The notes below the pieces were generated by a model. It saw nothing but the letters and a program-made list of their open reading frames with translations. It made no database searches and had not been told where the DNA came from. The position numbers and the translations under genes were made by a program. A stretch of DNA of 64,000 nt. Source: a bacterium ADurb.Bin157. GTDB taxonomy: Bacteria; Muiribacteriota; Ozemobacteria; Ozemobacterales; Ozemobacteraceae. Position 1 is the first letter of the stretch, and every line of letters starts with the position of its first letter. Of the stretch, positions 59,797 to 64,000 are shown piece after piece. Where the stretch lies: positions 17,425-81,424 of the forward strand of contig MWDD01000001.1 of NCBI GenBank assembly GCA_002070375.1. Direction: 5' to 3'.

Positions 59797-60238
59797 TTTT
59801 AATCATCAGGTACCAAATAAAAATCTTACGGGATTAGAAATACTCGCGAATATCATGCAGCATTGCACACCTCAAACGAATCGCAATATCATGAGCGGAC
59901 TTCAAGCTTCTATGCCTGATATCGTTAGCAAATTGCGCCAAAAAATAATAACTTTTGAAGATCTGGCTTACGCTGATTCAAGAGGAATTCAGAAGCTTAT
60001 TAAGATGGTTAACATGAGAGACTTGGCAATAGCTGTAGTAGGCTGCTCCGAGGCTCTGGTCAAAAATATAGCTCAAAATTTATCTCAAAATCGCATGGCA
60101 GATTTCAAATCAGAAATTACCCTTGTAGGTCAGGTATCTCAAAATAACGTTTACGAAGCCAGAGACCGGATAATGAGCATAGTTCTTGAACTTATTGAAA
60201 GCAGAGATTTATTTATCAATCGTCCCGGAAGCGACTAA
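59789..60238 (+). CDS. FliG C-terminal-domain-like (MgtE_N-like) paralog, 149 aa
   Basis: Aligns to FliG residues about 230-348 (FEDxxxxDxRGIQxL...DLxIA...RIxxIVxxL...RPG). 8-nt overlap with the fliG stop. Confidence 0.6.
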   Translation: MANFNHQVPNKNLTGLEILANIMQHCTPQTNRNIMSGLQASMPDIVSKLRQKIITFEDLAYADSRGIQKLIKMVNMRDLAIAVVGCSEALVKNIAQNLSQNRMADFKSEITLVGQVSQNNVYEARDRIMSIVLELIESRDLFINRPGSD

Positions 60239-60256
60239 AAAGGCTAAGGTAAAATA

Positions 60257-61369
60257 ATGGGAAGAATTCTTAAAGCACACCAAATCAGAATAGACACCGA
60301 ACACCCGGTTTTTATATCTAACAATAAAACAACTGAGGCTCCCGCAGAAAAAAGAATTGTCACAGAATATGATGACGGGTTTGCTGATGAGGTGTTCAAA
60401 GCTCTGTCGCCTGAACGATTAGCCGGCTCAGGTGAAAAAATGGTCTCAAAAAACAAACCCAAAAACAATGAGGATGCAGAAACAGCAGCCCCCCCAAAAA
60501 AGCCTGACTCTGCACTTTCCGCAGACGCAAAAAAAACAAGATCCTTTGCTGCGCTTGAAGCAATAAGAGTTAAAGAACTCGAAATTGAGGCACTTAAACA
60601 GGAACTTCAAAACTGGGAATCAGAATTACAAGCAAAAGAAAAAGAACTTTCGGCAAAGGAAAAAGAAATAAGCGAAACACTTATAAAACGACGCCAAGAA
60701 ATTGAAGCCGAAGCGTCGAACACTCTTAAACTGGCAAAAGAGGCGGCTTCCTCAATTACACAATCTGCGCAAGCAGAGGCAGAGGCGATAAGAAAAACCG
60801 CACGTGCCGAAGAAACGGCAATAAGAGAAAAAGCTTATAATGAAGGTCATAAAGAAGGTTACGCGGTCGGCGAGTCAAAAGGCATATCAGCCGGCGAACA
60901 ATCCGCAGTCCAAGAAATTAACTTTGACTGGCAAAATCTGATGAAAGAATCGGAAATGCTCGTGAAAGAGCTTCAAACAAGCAGAATGGGCATATTAAAA
61001 TCATCAGAAGAGGAAATGTTAAAGCTTGTTGTCGCTTTCGCCAAAACAGTTATAAAAACAGAGCCTTTGATACAGCCGGAAATAGTGTTAAAAAACTTAG
61101 ACGCGGCGATTAACAAAATTTCCGAAACAGATAAAATCATTCTCAGAGTCAACCTGCGAGACAAAAATATGTGTGAAGACCACAAGAACAAATTCTTGTC
61201 TAAGTTGGCTTCGATATCCGAGCTTTCAATAGTTGAAGATAACAGCCTCTCTCCCGGCGGCATTAAAATTGAAACCGAAGCAGGCACAATAGATGCAACC
61301 GTCGACTCGCAAGCGAAGGAACTTGAAAAAGCATTGCTTGAAAAATATAACCGCAACAACCAAAGCTGA
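60257..61369 (+). CDS. fliH: flagellar assembly protein FliH
   Basis: 370 aa. Coiled-coil E/K-rich N-terminus, FliH C-terminal domain. Precedes fliI. Confidence 0.8.
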   Translation: MGRILKAHQIRIDTEHPVFISNNKTTEAPAEKRIVTEYDDGFADEVFKALSPERLAGSGEKMVSKNKPKNNEDAETAAPPKKPDSALSADAKKTRSFAALEAIRVKELEIEALKQELQNWESELQAKEKELSAKEKEISETLIKRRQEIEAEASNTLKLAKEAASSITQSAQAEAEAIRKTARAEETAIREKAYNEGHKEGYAVGESKGISAGEQSAVQEINFDWQNLMKESEMLVKELQTSRMGILKSSEEEMLKLVVAFAKTVIKTEPLIQPEIVLKNLDAAINKISETDKIILRVNLRDKNMCEDHKNKFLSKLASISELSIVEDNSLSPGGIKIETEAGTIDATVDSQAKELEKALLEKYNRNNQS

Positions 61370-61372
61370 TAA

Positions 61373-62686
61373 ATGAACGAAAATAATTTTTTTAACAAAT
61401 ATTTCCGGACCTTAGAAAATACGGAGACAATAAAAGCCAACGGGCGTGTCACGCAAGTTGTAGGTTTGCTGATTGAAGCGACCGGTCCTCAAAACCCTGT
61501 CGGCGATGTTTGCAATATTATGACAGCCGGCGGGCCGCTCCCATGCGAAATTGTCGGCTTCAGACGCAACAGCGTTTTACTCATGCCATTGCTTCACACC
61601 GAAGGCATACGACAAGGCTGTGCCGTAGTTCCCACAGGAACACCTCTGACGGCACCTGCCGGGGACGCGCTTCTCGGGCGTCTCATAGACGGTCTTGGAA
61701 ACCCTATAGACGACAAAGGCGATTTGCCCGACAATTTAAAGCGCGTGCCGATTAATAACACCCCGCCGAACCCGATGACCAGAAAAAGAATTTTATCCCC
61801 AATCGAAACCGGAATAAAAGTTATAGACGGGCTTCTTACAATAGGCGCCGGTCAAAGAATGGGAATTTTTGCAGGCTCGGGCGTAGGCAAGAGCACCCTG
61901 ATGGGCATGATATGCAGATCATCAAAAGCAGACATAAATGTTATTTCTCTTGTCGGAGAACGCGGACGCGAAGTTAAGGATTTTTTGGAAAAAGATCTTG
62001 GCCCGGAAGGCTTGAAACGTTCTGTTATAGTTGTGGCCACCTCTGATCAACCGGCCTTAGTAAGAGTTAAAGCCGCCTTCACCGCGACAGCTATTGCAGA
62101 ACATTTCCGAGACCAAGACAAGAATGTAATGCTGATGATGGACTCAGTAACAAGGTTTGCAATGGCACAAAGAGAAATTGGACTTGCCGTGGGCGAACCA
62201 CCTACAACAAGAGGTTTCCCGCCATCTGTTTTCGCCATGCTGCCAAAGCTTCTTGAGCGAGCGGGTACGGCCAGGAGAGGTTCAATAACAGGAATTTATA
62301 CTGTCTTGGTAGATGGGGGAGATATGGATGAGCCTATCACCGACGCTGTTCGCGGCATACTTGACGGCCATCTTCTGCTAAGCAGACAGCTTGCCACCCA
62401 AAACATTTTTCCTGCAGTCGATATTTTGGGAAGCATATCCCGACTTATGCCTGAGATTGCCGAAAAAGAGCACTTTAATGCGGCGGGAAAACTCAGAAAC
62501 ATTTATTCAACATACAACAAAAACGCGGATGCGATAAGTTTGGGAGCCTACAAAGCCGGCTCTGACCCAAAAATTGACGAAGCCATAAAAAAACAACCTC
62601 TGATTGAGAACTTTATAAAACAGCCCATAATCGAAGGAATTCCCTTTGATCACAGTATAGCAGAAATAAAAAAAATAGTAGGTTAG
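61373..62686 (+). CDS. fliI: flagellum-specific ATP synthase FliI
   Basis: 437 aa. Walker A GSGVGKST, Walker B LLMMDSVTR. Confidence 0.95.
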   Translation: MNENNFFNKYFRTLENTETIKANGRVTQVVGLLIEATGPQNPVGDVCNIMTAGGPLPCEIVGFRRNSVLLMPLLHTEGIRQGCAVVPTGTPLTAPAGDALLGRLIDGLGNPIDDKGDLPDNLKRVPINNTPPNPMTRKRILSPIETGIKVIDGLLTIGAGQRMGIFAGSGVGKSTLMGMICRSSKADINVISLVGERGREVKDFLEKDLGPEGLKRSVIVVATSDQPALVRVKAAFTATAIAEHFRDQDKNVMLMMDSVTRFAMAQREIGLAVGEPPTTRGFPPSVFAMLPKLLERAGTARRGSITGIYTVLVDGGDMDEPITDAVRGILDGHLLLSRQLATQNIFPAVDILGSISRLMPEIAEKEHFNAAGKLRNIYSTYNKNADAISLGAYKAGSDPKIDEAIKKQPLIENFIKQPIIEGIPFDHSIAEIKKIVG

Positions 62687-62694
62687 CTTATTAA

Positions 62695-63138
62695 ATGGTA
62701 TTCAAATTCAGATTTCAACAATTACTGGACATATCTTTATTTGAAGAAGATGAAATCAAAAATAGACTTACGGCAAAAAATGCGCAAATAGCTGAGATCA
62801 CAGCAAAGATTAACAAATATGAAGAGGATTACGAGCGCAATATTGCCGAGAGAGCAGAAGAAATGAGTAAAGGTCATTTTGAAAAGTTTCAAATGTATGA
62901 GCCTTACCTAAATGTTATTTTAAAATCTAAATTATTTTTTGAAAACGAGCTTGAAGTTCAAGAGCGACAAAAACAAAAAATAATGACGGAACTATTAGAA
63001 AAACAGAAAACCAGAAAAACATATGAGATATTAAGAGAAAGAGATTTTGAAAACTTTAGGAAAGAAATGTTTAAGCGAGAGCAGAAGGTTTTAGATGAAT
63101 TCGGGAAAAAATCGATTTTAACCTTAGATGACGAATAA
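62695..63138 (+). CDS. fliJ: flagellar export chaperone FliJ
   Basis: 147 aa coiled-coil directly after fliI. Confidence 0.7.
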   Translation: MVFKFRFQQLLDISLFEEDEIKNRLTAKNAQIAEITAKINKYEEDYERNIAERAEEMSKGHFEKFQMYEPYLNVILKSKLFFENELEVQERQKQKIMTELLEKQKTRKTYEILRERDFENFRKEMFKREQKVLDEFGKKSILTLDDE

Positions 63139-63176
63139 TAGTTAAACAAGCTAAATAACACAATAAGGAATAAATA

Positions 63177-64000
63177 ATGGCGGAAAAAGGGATAAAAGAA
63201 AATCAGACCTTAAATAATGAAGAAAAACAGACACAAAACTTTGCCGAAGAAATTTTAGCAAAAGACAAACCTAAGGAAAAAAGACCGCCTTCGGCTGTTT
63301 TTGCACTCTTGAGCAATATCATGTTCGCTCTGTTATTGGGTATGCTCGCCATAACTTCAATATTAACATTATTCGTTATTGATTTTTTAGATATCTACAC
63401 CTTTCGATACAAAATACCTGAACACTTGAGAAAATCATGGCCTCTTTCTTCTTATTATGACTTTGTTCAAAGACATCAGTTGCCCGAAGAGCAGAAATAT
63501 CATGAAATGATGCTTGAAATGCAATCCAAACTTAACAAAGCTTTGGTTCAAACAAACAAAGATCTTTCCGAAAGAGCACAGCAACTTGAAACTTCGTATA
63601 AAGCACTCGTAAAAACCCAAAAAGAAATACATTCTGCCGAAATGGAGAAACTGCGAAAAAACCAAGAAAAATACGAAACAGAAAAGAAAAAGCTCGAAGA
63701 GGAAAAAGCTGCTTTTTCTATAAAACAACAAAAAAATGAAGAGTTGGCAAAGCGTTTAGCATCTGAAACAGCAAACGTTGAATCAAGCCTAATAAGATTT
63801 ATGGAAAATCAAAACAGATTAGACCAAATTTGCAGCATTGCAGCGCAAATGGATCCAAAATCATTGGCAAAAATATTTGACGAACTTCCCGATGATAAGT
63901 TGATATATGACATAATGGGTGGGTTGGAGCCTTCGCAATCAGGTAAAATATTGGGTGCAATGGATTCGGAAAAGGCCAGCAAAGTCATGAGAATAGGGAA
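63177..64000 (+). CDS. flagellar-operon protein with TM helix, coiled coil and MgtE_N-like domain (YlxF/FlbB-like); 3' end beyond window
   Basis: Absent from the ORF track because no stop codon falls inside the window. Open frame from the ATG at 63177 to the window edge. AAGGAA ribosome-binding site. C-terminal LAKIFDELPDDKLIYDIMGGLEPSQSGKILGAM. Confidence 0.6.
   Translation, partial: MAEKGIKENQTLNNEEKQTQNFAEEILAKDKPKEKRPPSAVFALLSNIMFALLLGMLAITSILTLFVIDFLDIYTFRYKIPEHLRKSWPLSSYYDFVQRHQLPEEQKYHEMMLEMQSKLNKALVQTNKDLSERAQQLETSYKALVKTQKEIHSAEMEKLRKNQEKYETEKKKLEEEKAAFSIKQQKNEELAKRLASETANVESSLIRFMENQNRLDQICSIAAQMDPKSLAKIFDELPDDKLIYDIMGGLEPSQSGKILGAMDSEKASKVMRIG

Noticed and set aside
63435-63731. 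98-aa minus-strand ORF
   Set aside because: It is antisense to the stop-free YlxF-like frame and is F/L-rich low complexity.

Overview
This is an AT-rich (~40% GC by eye) chromosomal segment of an anaerobic, flagellated bacterium, densely packed with genes. No mobile elements, CRISPR arrays, rRNA or tRNA genes are visible.

Features from 5' to 3':
- A minus-strand block: glyoxalase-family protein, transketolase and a secreted PLD-like protein.
- A five-gene minus-strand putative H2-sensing cluster: thioredoxin-like [2Fe-2S] ferredoxin, PAS-containing HydS-type [FeFe]-hydrogenase-like sensor, PP2C/SpoIIE phosphatase, a second ferredoxin, and a second H-cluster protein. A perfect Rex operator (TTGTGAA-N4-TTCACAA) sits over its promoter.
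- A glgX-ppiC-methyltransferase-esterase operon.
- dxs and an NhaP-type cation/proton antiporter, preceded by a fluoride (crcB-motif) riboswitch with an intrinsic terminator.
- adhE with two tandem Rex-like boxes in its promoter.
- ktrB-ktrA plus an unknown membrane protein, a UDG-family gene, flgI, a prepilin, NHL-repeat lipoproteins, mltG and a BtuF-like binding protein.
- A radical-SAM (B12-binding) / DUF2344 / RNase G triad.
- An accD-accA-rpoD operon, a Ca2+ P-type ATPase, a creatininase-family gene, htpG and a CBM20-esterase fusion.
- A three-gene LuxE / LuxC-PaaK-fusion / tandem-GNAT cluster with no luciferase.
- Two hsp20 genes behind an exact sigma-54 promoter with an upstream palindromic array.
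- xerC/D followed by a flagellar operon (flgB, flgC, fliE, fliF, fliG, an extra FliG-C-like paralog, fliH, fliI, fliJ, and a YlxF/FlbB-like partial gene).

The best candidates for an undescribed system are the LuxC/LuxE/PaaK/GNAT acyl-activation-reduction cluster and the dual-sensor hydrogenase/PP2C module. All calls are from reading the sequence and ORF translations; no database search was run.
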